64,000 nucleotides of DNA, taken from Octopus vulgaris. Lineage: Eukaryota. The stretch's first letter is position 1; every line of letters begins with the position of its first letter. The stretch lies in contig OX597815.1 in assembly GCA_951406725.2 (NCBI GenBank), positions 210,924,001 through 210,988,000 of the forward strand, read 5' to 3'. The position numbers and the translations under genes were made by a program. This document shows positions 12,301-25,187 of the stretch, one piece after another. Below the pieces are notes generated by a model. It was not told where the DNA came from and did not search any database. It saw only the letters and a list, made by a program, of their open reading frames with translations.

Positions 12301-15300
12301 GCCTTTGCGCAGCTTCTATCGCTGGAAATGTACTACGGTGTCAGCTGTTCACTACCAGTGAACTAAGGTAGAATCTATTCGGAGTATTCTAGTGGTTTCA
12401 AGCAGTGCTGCTTTCTGCAAGTGCTTCACCGTTATTGCAGCCACTATTTGTTCCATGTACTTCTCAAGATTTTCCCAGAGATCCGACAATTATTGGTATT
12501 ACTATCATCTTTTTCAGCGACCACAACAGCTTAACCTCCCAAGCTAACCTGTCATGTCTATCGACTTATCTTTCTTCCTTATCGCATAACTTGTTGTCAA
12601 CTGGACATGCTATATCTGTGATCCAGCATCGTTTGCTTTCTTTCTCAATTAACACTATGTCTGTTTTTTTATTCTCTATCTCATGGGCGCACTGAATCAT
12701 AAAATCCCATAGGATCTTTGCATTATCATTTTCGTTGATGACTTCGGGTTTATATTCGTACCACTTTTTTGCTCCGTCAAGTCCATACTTGTTGCCAAGT
12801 GTCCAGTAAATAGTCCTTGCTATGTTGTCATGACGTCTCTTATATTCTTTCTAGGATAGTGGTGCACAATGACTGGCAATATGCCATACGGTTTCACCAC
12901 TTTTTCCACAAATTCTGCACTTATCTCCTTCTGATGTGTTGTCTATTTTGTATTTGATATAATTGGCTCTTATTGCTTGCTCTTAGGCAGCAGAGATTAG
13001 AGCCTCTGTCTCCAGTTTTAAATCCCTTTTCGTCAACCATACTCCTCTTCGTTCTCTGTCTGTCTTATCTTCAACATCCCTATGAAATTGTCTATGCATT
13101 CTTTCCTTTATCAACCTATTTTCAGTTTCATTCATTCTCAAGTCCCTGTACAGTGCTTTATCTTTGCAATCATCCATCCTACACGAGCCTAACCTTCTTA
13201 CTTCCAATAATAGCGGTTCTGTGGCATTTTTACATACTATGCTATGTTGTTTTCGTCTGCTCTAATGCTGTGTTCGCATCCAATCAGTCCTCTTTCCCCT
13301 CCTTTTCTAGGGACATATAGTCTGTCTGTGTCACATTTTGGGTGGAGTATCCCAAATCTAGTTAGCAACTGCCGTTTCTTTCTGTCTAAGTTGTTTAGTC
13401 CGTCTACTGACCATGCGATTACCCCTGCTCGATATTTAAGGAGTGAAATTGCCCAAATGTTGATAGCTTCAATCTTATTCCGTTCGTTTGATTTCGACTT
13501 AAAGATCAGTCTCAGTCTGCGCAAGTATTCCAACTTAATTTTTTTCTGCCATTTCTTTCTTTATCAATTTATCCATTTCCAATATCCCTAAGTACTTATA
13601 GCCCGTCTCTTCTATCTGCTTCATAACCTCCCCGACGGTATCGCTAGCCCGTCCATGCATTTGATTTTGCTTCTCTTCAAGACTAACACACCACACTTTT
13701 TCATGCCGAACTCCATTCTAATATCAGTACTGAAAGTATACACCGTATCAACGAGGGACCTGAATTGGGATTCATCTTTACCATAAAGTTTGAGGTCATC
13801 CATGAATAACAAGTGGTTGACTTTTTGTTAGCGGCTCTTGAATACATACCCAGCCTTTGCTTTCCTCACAATCAGTGTTAGTGGTATAATTCACAGTACA
13901 AAGATCAGTGGGCACAGGCAATCCCCTTGGAAGATGTCTCTCCTGATTTCTATTTCCCTAAACTTCTTCCATATGGTGTCAGTTCTGTTCTCCATTTCTC
14001 CATGCTTTTTCCAAGCAATCACTCAACATTCCGTAATCCAAGAATGTGGGATCATATCGTACGCTTTACGGTAATCGATCGATGGCATGGTTAAGTTATC
14101 CTCCTCTTGCAGTCTCTGAGTACAGTTTTGTCTACCAGGAGTTGATCATTGGTACCTTTACACTTATGCTTGCAACCCTTCTGCTTATGTGACAGGATTC
14201 CATTTTTTCAAGATGTCCGTACATTGACTCTGCGACTATTCCAGTTAATAATTTCCACATAAGTGGCAAGCAGGATTTCGGCCTGTAATTATCTCCTGTA
14301 TTGCCTTTTTCAATGTCTTACCCAACATTGTCTTACCCATTGTCAACCACTCTGCTGTTACTTGGTCGGCATTCAACAAGATGTTGAGTTGTGCAGCTAT
14401 TCGTGTATGACATTCGCCAAATCTTTTGATCCAGTAGCCTTGAAGTCCATCTGATCCTGGGGGCTTTCCGTTTCCTCCCCCCACCTTTTTTGCTGGTTTT
14501 CTCCACTTCCCTAACTGAAATGTCTAGTTCTGCTTGTTATGGACATACTACTGTTTGTTTCAGCTCTTGCAATCACTCAGTATCCTCTTTGTGTTCCTTG
14601 TCTTTGCTGCAGATGTCACTCCAAAACCTTTGATTTTTAATGGTATCGACTTATCATTTGTACACTCTCCATTTATTTCTTTGTAGAATCTCTTCTGATC
14701 TACTCTGATTAACCTATTCTGCTGGTATCTCTTCATTCTTTGGTCGTATCTTACCACCTTTGCTTTTTTAGCAACGAGGCACTGTTTCAGTTCCTCCCTT
14801 ACCACTTTCAGGCCCTTTCTTTCAATATTATACTTCCTGTTCAGTGGCCTGTATTTTTGTTCGCTTTTAAGCTTCCCCTCCTCTTTTCGGTCTAACACAT
14901 AAGCAGCCCCTTTTCTTTTCGGTCTAACACAGAAATGTCCTTCGGGAACAGGTCTAACCCAACCTGTATTCATCTTTTCCACCAGAGATCATTTCTTTCA
15001 TCACTCCCATTATATCTCTTTTTCTTCACATCAACACCCACATTTTCTGCAACATCAATACTTGCTGCCTTAATCAAATTATTTCTTTCTGTGATGTTTT
15101 TTGTGCTGATGTGTTTCAGGATTTCATTCATATTTTTCGTGTCTTTGTTCAATTTCCACCGATCGACCTTTTTTAAGGTTACAAATAATGTCGCTATCGT
15201 TCTCCTGTATCTTTGCCTTGCCCACCTGTCATGTTACCATTAGTTTTATTGTCTTCTTCCAAACCATTTATGTCTCTCACCGAGCAAGCTATCACTGTTC

Positions 15301-15395
15301 CTTTCCTGTGGTTTATTAGAGATTTCACCTCTGTTTTCGGCTATGAAATTACTTTTATCAGTAGGACTGTATTTTCATCGTTTCCTCTGCTGCCG
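12301..15395 (-). mobile_element. Decayed R4/Dong-clade non-LTR retrotransposon (RT, CCHC knuckle, restriction-like endonuclease)
   Basis: Minus-strand motifs in order: ITERNNLIKAAS, PGSDGLQGYWIK, FQGDCLCPLIF, LFMDDLKLY, YKYLG, RLYVPRKGGERGL, CRICGKSGETVWHIASHC, RRHDNIA, KILWDF...TDIVLIEK...ITDIACP. The 3' end abuts (TAA)n. Many frameshifts. Confidence 0.93.
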
Positions 15396-15404
15396 TGTGG
15401 GTGG

Positions 15405-15449
<45 letters not shown>

Positions 15450-15808
15450 ATGTATGTATAGCTGTTTAATGCTTTTGTGATCAATAATGACAAGTCTTTG
15501 TTATTTGCTTTTATTCGAGTCGCTTATGTGTGTGAGTGCGCTTCTTTATACATTACTTAATGTTGTTTTGAAATATTAGAATGTGTTCATGTAAAGGTGA
15601 GGTATAAACGTGATTAATTAGTTTACCTATTTACGTGTTTGTGATGGGTACTTAATCGGATATAGTCCAACGCTTTTAACGAGTATTACTTATTCGGGTG
15701 TAGTCCAGCGCTTTGTCAGTGTGGCGAGAGTGTTTACACATGTTGTGCCGATGCTGGCAGCCTGGCGACTGTCGCTGGCAGGGCCGCGTGAGCAACGTAG
15801 TCGATACC

Positions 15809-15977
15809 TATTTCTTTATTACCCACAAGGGGTTAAACACAGAGGGGACAAACAAGGACAGACAAACGGATTAAATCGATTATATCAACCCCCCAGTGCG
15901 TAACTGGTACTTATATAATCGACCCCGAAAGGATGAAAGGCAAAGTCGACCTCGGCGGAATTTGAACTCGGAACGTA
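15809..15977 (-). mobile_element. 5'-truncated SINE family B with 12-bp TSD
   Basis: Family B sequence flanked by GTAGTCGATACC at 15797-15808 and 15978-15989. Confidence 0.92.
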
Positions 15978-16325
15978 GTAGTCGATACCGTGACGTGGAC
16001 CGTCCGGCAAATCGCCGGAAGCTCTACGCAGAGGGATGCATTGAGTAGTCGTACCAGTAAGTAAACTTGGAGGCAAGCGATTAGCAGCGTTGTTCGGGGC
16101 GAGTAAAAAGATGGCTGCCGCTGAGGCGGCGGCAACCGGCGGCGACCGGCGGTACGATCAAAAGACTGTTGTCTCGGCAGCGATATCGACCGCGTGTGTG
16201 TGTGTGTTCGTGTGTTTCTTGGTTTTGTTATGGGCCAGTCTTTACAGCGCTTACTTTTTGACAAGAAACCGCTCATGGACATGTAATGATGTTTCTTTCG
16301 TATTTATAATTATTATTGATGTATA

Positions 16326-16490
16326 GGCGCAGGAGTGGCTGTGTGGTAAGTAGCTTGCTAACCAACCACATGGTTCCGGGTTCAGTCCCACTGCGTTACA
16401 TCTTGGGCAAGTGTCTTCTGCTATAGCCCCGGGCTGACCAATGCCTTGTGAGTGCATTTGGTAGACGGAAACTGAAAGAAGCCTGTCGTA

Positions 16491-16535
<45 letters not shown>

Positions 16536-16745
16536 ATGTGTGTTTGTGTGTCTGTGTTTGTTCCCCTAGCATTGCTTGACAACCGATGCTGGTGTGTTTA
16601 CGTCTCCGTCACTTAGCGGTTCGGCAAAAGAGACCGATAGAATAAGTACTGGGTTTACAAAGAATAAGTCCCGGGGTCGATTTGCTCGACTAAAGGCGGT
16701 GCTCCAGCATGGCCGCAGTCAAATGACTGAAACAAGTAAAAGAGA
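16326..16745 (+). mobile_element. Full-length SINE family A
   Basis: GGCGCAGGAGTGGCTGTGTGGTAAG head, central (TA)/(TG) tract, 3' end GACTGAAACAAGTAAAAGAG. Closely similar to 1666-2084 in opposite orientation. Confidence 0.93.
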
Positions 16746-17093
16746 GAAAAAGAGAGATAAGCGAAAGACCGAGAAGATGCATACAATGTGCATGTCTATA
16801 TAGGGTTCGTATAGATATGAATGGATGCATATGTGATTGATATAATTAAAATTTTCCTCACAGGTCTGCATTTTTCCTCTAGAGGTATTGCAGTCCATGT
16901 GTTTACATTTTCAGGCACTTGTTGCTGCGGTGGCGCATCTGAGAGAAGCTATTTTTAATATCTATATACTCCATATAAGAACAATCTTTCGGTTTCCTGA
17001 GATGACTTACATTAAAGCTCAGTTTCCTTTCATTGTTTTTCCGGATTTTTAATTCCTGCACGTGATGGTTTCATATTTGATCTATCTTCCTGC

Positions 17094-17372
17094 TAGACAA
17101 AGAATATGCCTCCTCATTGATATGACTGTCCTAATCGATATAAACGTATCTGTCAAGACCTACCAAAAACTGAGCAAATATAAAGATCTTGAAATAGAAA
17201 TCAGCAAAATGTGGAACCTGAAGACTAAAACAATACCTGTTATCATAGGTGCCCTGGGAATGATAGCGAAAGGGGCTGGTTGCTACCTAACTCAGATACC
17301 AGGAAACCCCAAAATGGCAGAAATTCAAAAGATAGTTCTCATGGGAACTGCTCATATCCTACGCAAAATACT
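17094..17372 (+). mobile_element. R4/Dong-type LINE endonuclease-domain fragment
   Basis: CLLIDMTVLIDINV...KLSKYKDLEIEISKMW...IPVIIGALG...GTAHILRKIL; close inverted match to 18550-18830. Confidence 0.88.
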
Positions 17373-17651
17373 CCCTCTCACACGTCCACGCTGTTTCCTA
17401 TTCGCTGCGATACTCTATTTACTGTATGAGTTTATACCTGTATGTTTTAAGAGGAGTGTTGCATAGTAGTGAGTGTAAATCATTAATCAGCCATTCCATA
17501 GTATTCGTGGTTGTCTGTCAATAGTTCGTTTTTTGTTCTATTTTGGTTGGTTTTGTTATGGGTCCGCCTTTACAGCATTTAATCTTTGACAGAACATTGC
17601 CCATGGACATGTGTTGATGACACTTTCGTTAATTTTTGCTGTTGTTGTTGA

Positions 17652-17736
<85 letters not shown>

Positions 17737-18278
17737 GAGTGAGAGAGCAGTGCATGCCATCAAAGTGACACTGGGGTAAAATATACGAAGCCCAATATAC
17801 CCATCATGACCACCCGTCTGATAAGGGTACACCAGGCACATGCATCACAACCATATGTGCGCGACATGGTGATCTCATATCAAGATAAACTTGCAGGTGG
17901 GGCCCAGTTAGAATTTTGTTCTGCTCGAGTAACCCATCCTGCTCAAAAGGTCCCTGAAGAAGGGTTGTTTAAGGATGTTCAACGAAACACTTTTTTCCAG
18001 AGGTCAATTATTCAAACCCCAAAGAATCCCTCTCAACACATGGCTATGATGCTCCCCCACTACTTCTGCTCGTGATCGGAGATGCATATATCGTCAGCCA
18101 CTAAGGGACATAGTCAACTGGTTAAGGTCAAACAACTGACAAGCAAATCTGTAGGTATTGAGCAGAATATTTGCTGTAGCCCATCTTTTATACCAAGACA
18201 AAACAATGTACATGATAACACTTCCAATCAGTTAAAATCAGAAGCCATGAGAGCCACTGTCTGGTACTGCATCAGGGC

Positions 18279-18281
<3 letters not shown>
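17737..18281. mobile_element. ~545 bp non-coding dispersed element embedded in a (TAA)n tract
   Basis: Bounded on both sides by (TAT)n; its right end recurs at 11707-11830, also abutting (TAT)n. No convincing ORF. Confidence 0.7.
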
Positions 18282-18341
<60 letters not shown>

Positions 18342-18343
<2 letters not shown>

Positions 18344-18952
18344 GTTTGACTTTTGCTTTATATCTGTACAAGTTGGCTCCAAGTCTCACCCAGAGACCTC
18401 AAGAGACAACAGGTTGGAAGTTCACGTTGTTGTTATGCCTAGTGTGCCATATATTTGGGGGGGGTTTTTGGTGTTGTACTAGTGAATGTCTAATAAATAA
18501 AATTTTTTTTTAAATAATAAAAGTTTATTTTAAACCTTGGGATTACATAGAGAGTATTTTGCGTAGGATATGAGCAGTTCCTATGAGCACTATCTTTTGA
18601 ATTTCTGACATTTTGGGGTTTCCTGGTATCTGAGTTAGGTAGCAATCAGCCCCTTTCGCTATCATTCCCAGGGCACCTATGACAACAGGTATTGTTTTAG
18701 TCTTCAGGTTCCACATTTTGTTGATTTCTATTTCAAGATCTTTATATTTGCTCAGTTTTTGGTAGTTCTTGACAGATACGTTTTATATCGATTGGGACAG
18801 TCATATCAATGAGGAGGCATGTTCTTTGTCTGAAGTCTTTCAATATGATGTCTGGCCTATTTGCATCTATCTTTCTGTCAGTTTGAATAGTGAAGTTCCA
18901 GAGGAGTGAGATGTGGTCATTTTCAAGCACGGAGGAGGATTGTGTTCCCACC
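18342..18952 (-). mobile_element. 5'-truncated R4/Dong-type LINE (endonuclease domain plus 3'UTR) inserted in (TAA)n
   Basis: WWEHNP...LENDHISLLWNFTIQTDRKIDANRPDIILKD...CLLIDMTVP...GTAHILRKILSM*, with (AAT)n on both sides. Confidence 0.92.
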
Positions 18953-19011
18953 AATTATTATTATTGTTGTTGTTGTTGTTGTTATTATTATTATTATTAT
19001 CATTATTATCT

Positions 19012-19370
19012 GAGGTCGACTTTGTCTTTCTTCGTTTCGGGGTCGATGAAATAAGTACGCACTGGGGTCGATGTAATCGACGGCCTCCTCTCCCCAAATT
19101 TCAGGCCTTGTGCCTATAGTAGAAAGAATTGTTGTTGTTGTTGTTGTTGTTATGAAAGGTGGCAAACTGGCAGAATCGTTACCACGCCCGGCGAAATACT
19201 TAATGGCATTTCGTCCGTCTTCACCTTCACGTTCAAATTCTACCGATGTTGACTTAGCTTTTTATCCTTTCTAGGACAATAAAATAAGTACCAGTTGAGC
19301 ACTGGGGTCGATATAATCAACTTACCCCCCTCCCAGGAGATTGCTGGCCTTGTATCAAAATTTGAAACGG
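19012..19370 (+). mobile_element. Two adjacent SINE family B copies (3' half, then a degenerate full copy)
   Basis: GAGGTCGACTTTG...GGGGTCGAT...CTGGGGTCGAT motifs at 19012-19128 and 19157-19370, separated by (GTT)n. Confidence 0.8.
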
Positions 19371-20624
19371 TTGTTATTATTATTCACGGTTTGCGAGACA
19401 TATCATCAAGAGTTATATTATTTATGTCAAATAGGTTTGCGTTACGTACCAAAGAAATAGATGCCTAATGTTTTTTTCTAATTTCTGTGAGATTACCATA
19501 GGAATATTTGCTAACAATGATATACTTAATAGAGTCCTGTGTGTATTTTGTAATAAGTCAATTATTTTACAGACGCAGTCGTCTATGTTTCCAGTTGTAC
19601 AAATTACAAATGGAATAAACAAGATATTTATTATCTGCTCTAATATTTTTAATTCAATTCCTAATTCAGTGTAATTCTTCAGTCTTTCCACTTGCTTCTG
19701 CAAAGTATTCTAATAATTCAGAATTTGTATCATGATTATTAACACGTTATTGTCGTTTTCATCATTAGAAATTTTGTCAAGTTTATTATGCACTAGCTGG
19801 TGGTCTGTCTGCAAACTAAAATTTCATAGTATCCTCACATTGTCATGTTCTTATAAAATAATGTATTGAAGTCTATTCAGTTCATTATTCTCGTTACCTA
19901 CACTTATGGACTTGTGCCAAAGTAGAATTTCAATATTCCTATTGTTATATCGTGATTTCACTGCTGAACCAGTCTAGCTCAGTATGCCTCGGGTAATGCA
20001 GTGCTTTATTTTATATTTGTGGTTTTCATTTGTATTGAAAGTACTCTAAGTAACGTGAATATAATGTCTGATAGTGTTATTTTCTATACATTACGTGTGT
20101 ACGTAATTCATTAATATTATCAGCTTTAATATTCATTGTTTGAGAAGTACAAGTGCTAACTGTCTTGAAACACGTATTAGAAATATACTGGGAAATATTA
20201 ATAGACGTGCCAAAGGTTAACAATGTTATTCATGGTTAAAGGAAACATCCAAGGTTAACATGAATGTTTAAGGTTATAATATATATTAAAGACTAACACA
20301 CGCTGTAAAAGAGTGTCCCAGCTATGTTTACCGTTCTTTATGTTGCTATTTCCTGGAAAGTATCAATGTCTATCCTATTACTTAAACTGTCAATATCGTT
20401 ACAGAAATAGTTGGGGCCATCTACAGTTGCATTAGTTAAGAATTATCTGATAGATGCATGTTTAAATTATAGTGTTTTTTAATTAAGCTGCTAATTCGAG
20501 TTATGTCCTTAGTTTCTGGCAACGCACAACAGAATAGCATCACCAAAAGATAGACAACGAAACTACCAACAACAGACACTGCAACAACAAAAGCAATTAA
20601 AGTGGTAACACATTCGGTAACACG

Positions 20625-20848
20625 TGGCAGAAGCGTTAGCACGCCGGGCGAAATGCGTAGCCGTATTTTGTCTGCCGTTACGTTCTGAGTTCAAATTCCG
20701 CCGAGGTCGACTTTGCCTTTCATCCTTTCGGGGTCGATTAAATAAGTACCAGTTACACACTGGGGTCGATATAATCGACTTAATCTGTTTGTCTGTCCTT
20801 GTTTGTCCTCTCTGTGTTTAGCCCCTTGTGGGTAGTAAAGAAATAGGT
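20625..20848 (+). mobile_element. SINE family B, little diverged
   Basis: Closely matches the reverse complement of 31889-32121. Confidence 0.92.
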
Positions 20849-22059
20849 ATGTCTCACTCCCAGGACGTTGGGTTTATTATCCTATCTGTTGTCATTTAGT
20901 TCCTCCCATGTCCGACGTCCCAAAATTAATGGTGGTAACAGTTAACTACAACCTTGTCAATCACTTTGAATATCTCTTATCTCTCTCCTTCTCTGCCAGC
21001 GCGGTTTTCGTAAAGCCAATTCTATAGGACGATGCTCTATGGCACCACTGACTTTTCATCCTAAAAAGATTTTATGAAACCGATACTGTCGGATTTGATA
21101 CAGTCAACCTTTTGACTGTGTTTGCCACACAAATCTTCTGGTAACATTTTCCGTCTATAGAGCTCGTCGTTCTAACATTTCTTAAACCGGTGGCTTTTCA
21201 TCAGTCTGAAGTGGTTTTTGCTGATGGAGTTCTTTCTACATCGCTTTCAGTCAACTCTAGCATAGAGCAGGGTTTAGGTTTTCCTCTTCCTTCTTTCGCC
21301 TATATACCAACGAGCTAGTTGCCATCACGTCCGCCAACGGCTACTCTGACGCAGGCGATACAATCGTTTCATTCCACCCTAACTTTCTGCAAGCTTCAGC
21401 TATATAGAACCCAAATACTTCACTCCAAATCAGTACTATCTCTATGAACGGAGACTATAAACCTGCTCGAGTCTGTTGAATATTTTCTCTTCAATAGAGC
21501 AACATCGTGTTTTCTTCAACAGTACAGTAATGTTACGTAGTTTTGAAGAAATTGTAAAGTTAGTGTCATAATCTGTTGATAGATTGAACAATTCAACAAC
21601 CAGAATTTAATCATTTTGAAAATCGCCAATATTGTAGAAAAACAGTCAGCCTCTGGGTACATATTACAATGTATCTCATGATTGATGGAAATATTATTTC
21701 TGTTGTCGTTACACACTGTTGCAGCAGCATTTCTGATCTTTTTTCTCTTTTTATTCAATAAATCAAAGCATAAATTCTTAAATAGTATATGACTCACTCT
21801 GAATTCTTTAATATTTAACTTCTAAACTACAACGAATAATGATTCCTATAGTGTTTTATATTTAACTGTCATGTTGAGCATTCCCAATTTAGTTAAAATA
21901 TACGCCGAGAAATGAGACGAATTTGACACCTCACCGCGTCATGATGGCACAAACATATAAGAGAACATTTTTATAATTTGGCAGCATTTTTGCGTTTTGA
22001 ATTCATTCAAATCGCAGGACGATTTTTTTATTATCTTTTGATTGAAGGCCTACATTTCT

Positions 22060-22225
22060 ATATTTAAAAGATGAGGAATTATGTACATTATTTACATTCG
22101 ACGGATATTTGTCCTCATCGTGTTTGTTGTTAACACAACGTTTCGGCTGATATACCCTCCAGCCTTCATCAGGTGTCTTGGGGAAATTTCGAACCTAGGT
22201 TCTCATTCCTAAGGTATTTTCGATA
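22060..22225 (-). mobile_element. Short element carrying an intact minimal hammerhead ribozyme
   Basis: Discrete GC-richer segment beside a (TAT/CAT)n tract that contains the HHR at 22131-22179. Boundaries approximate. Confidence 0.55.
22131..22179 (-). ncRNA. Minimal type I hammerhead ribozyme
   Basis: GACAC-CTGATGA-a-GGCTG-gagggtatat-CAGCC-GAAA-CGT-T-GTGTT: intact core, stems I and II pair, stem III is the palindrome ACGT, cleavage triplet GUU. Confidence 0.9.
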
Positions 22226-22255
22226 TTATTATTGTTGTTATTATCATCATCATCA

Positions 22256-22286
<31 letters not shown>

Positions 22287-22837
22287 CATTATTAATATTC
22301 AGGTCACATCCTGGAATCGAACTCGTGTGACTAATACTAAATATTGATATGTATTTTGTCCAGCATGCTATTGGTTCTGCCAGCTCACCGACTTCATTGT
22401 CGCTAATAATATTAAGATCGATTTATACCTTCACTAAAATATTTTCGAGCGTAAATTCTAGTTTCTTATAGTTTTAAGTTTTTCATCATTCTAGATACAA
22501 ATCCATTTCGCTTGTGTCCAGCTCTCTCCTAAAATACTTTACACAAAAAGGTACTTTTACTATACTTACAAGTTAATATGTCTAATAGTAATACAAGAAT
22601 CATGTTCGAAATTTGGTTTTAAATTATTTTTTAATGTTACTGTATCTTCATACTAAGATTAATAAAATAATTTTCTCACTCAACTATCAAACTTCTTCTC
22701 TCCAAATGGCTTGAACATAGTCATCCTTCTCCATTCCACTAACATATTTCTTCACTCGAAAGACAAAGCATGACATAAAATGTCTAGAAATTTAATTTCT
22801 TTCATTTCTTCATTTATCCTTTGTTTTCTATTTCTTT

Positions 22838-22892
22838 ATTATCATTATTGTTATTATTATTATTATTGTTATTATTGTTATTATTGTTATTA

Positions 22893-22924
<32 letters not shown>

Positions 22925-22961
22925 GTTGTTATTATTATTATTATTGTTATTATTATTATTA

Positions 22962-23034
<73 letters not shown>

Positions 23035-23062
23035 CATCATCATCATCGTTGTTGTTGTTATT
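22838..23062. repeat. (TAT)n/(TGT)/(CAT) trinucleotide microsatellite
   Basis: Directly visible. Confidence 0.95.
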
Positions 23063-24896
23063 AAATACTTTACTAACTTTCAATGAGGTAATTTTAATAT
23101 TATTAAACTTTAGACTTTCTCTGGAATTTACAAATGAATTTATTAAAAAATATCCAAAAGGAAAAGCAATATAAATTTATAAATAACATAAAAATAAACG
23201 CACTATTATGCATAATTTTTTTAAATGTCATGTTGTTTATCATTATTTCATACTGGATTTAAACTGTGATAAATGGTCAATTAAAATAGAACGCTAAATA
23301 TTTCTTTGTAAATCTTTCTCTCTTTCTCTTTGTCTTTCTCTCTTCTCATTTTCTCCTTCTTCTCTGTATCTTTACTTTTTTTTTAGTAACAAGTACCACT
23401 GAATCGAATTAAGCACAGAAAAAAATTAATCAACTACTCGGTTTCATTAATAAATAACTGACGCGTGAGTAATGTTTTGTTTTGCTGCTATTGAATAAAT
23501 CTACAGATTTCAAACCAACACTGCATATGTACACTGAACTTAATTAAAAACATTGGACATTCGCATAAAAACTGTTTTTTGTAAGATTTTTCTGTGTACA
23601 CAAAAACAAAAACCAAAAAATATTTATCTGGAAAGGCTTTAATTTTTGTTGGGATTTATTCACCGTTTAAATATTCATTTATCAATGTCCACAGAGCAGT
23701 AAAGAGTCTAGTTTATATACACTGATGGCAAACGTTTACAATTAGTGTATATATGTCAGAGTAAGAGGAGACAGGGAGGGATGGAGAGTCGCTGAAAAGG
23801 TCACAGGACGTTTGACGAAAAGTTTCAAAGGGCACTAAAATAAGTATAATAATAAATCTGAAATGAAAAAGAGTATAAAGTGCGTGTCGTTATTTGGCAA
23901 AAAACACATGACCATCCCCAAACATTTATTTAAGGATGGTCATGTGTTTTTGTTTGTTTCAATATTTGTTTCAATACGACTTCACATCAGGAATCTACCG
24001 AAGCTAATACATAAATGTATATATGTCCATATACAAATAGATGTATTGGGATACATTGTATTTTTAATTATACGAAGAAATACATCTTACCTAGTAGGTG
24101 GTCTAAAATGGCAATAGATGTGCAGGGAGGTTTAGGATACCCACGAGCTTATCTTTTCTTAGCGTTTCAAAAAAGCATATAAAAACTAGATTGTAATAAG
24201 TTATAAATAGTTGAAGGACGATGCAGAAATTTTGTCATGGGAGAGGGGAGATAATTTGAGTGCTTAAAGGAGAAAAGGAAACAGTTTATATGAACTGAAA
24301 TGTTCTGTCTCAACTTATCACTTTACGATCTCTAAATGGCTTATTTTATTCTTTCTTTTATTTTTTTAGTCTGTCAAATATTTTTCGGTTGTAATCTGAC
24401 TTTTGACAAAATCGAAATTTCTAGTCAAGATGACCATGTTATTCATTTTCTTTTTTGTCAATTTTTTATCTATCTGTTTTGTATTTTGATTGTAAACGTA
24501 TTTAGTCTGTTACTGTATCTGTGTTTTTAGTTGAGTTTGTGAACTGGTGAGAATGACACATCACTCTGGGTATACATTATCAAATTGAGTGACATGGCGA
24601 AAGGATCTAACGAAGAACTTATTTTTAAAATCACCTGAAGAAGCGCGTTCTATTGCTTGGAAGTAATATAACGATTACGAAACAGCTCACATATGTACTA
24701 CAGCTGTAAAAAAAAAGCATGGAAACGATTGTAGTGCTTTTTAAATAATTACATTTTCTTCTGATACATTTTCTTTCATTTGTCTTGTATGTAGTGAGAG
24801 TGCATAGCTTAGTTGTTAGGGTGTTGCACTAATACTGCTCTAACGTTTTGAGTGTGATTCTTTTTGGTATATATGATACATTGACGATTGATAAAG

Positions 24897-25187
<291 letters not shown>

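Noticed and set aside
20850-21510. Possible LINE RT remnant (KYLGSI on the minus strand); similar weak hints at 3930-4650 and 52815-53400
   Set aside because: Only isolated short motifs with no consistent order could be read, too weak to call.
24632-24670. CTGAAGA-AGC...GCTT-GGAA hammerhead-like motif
   Set aside because: GAAA is altered and stems I and III do not pair.
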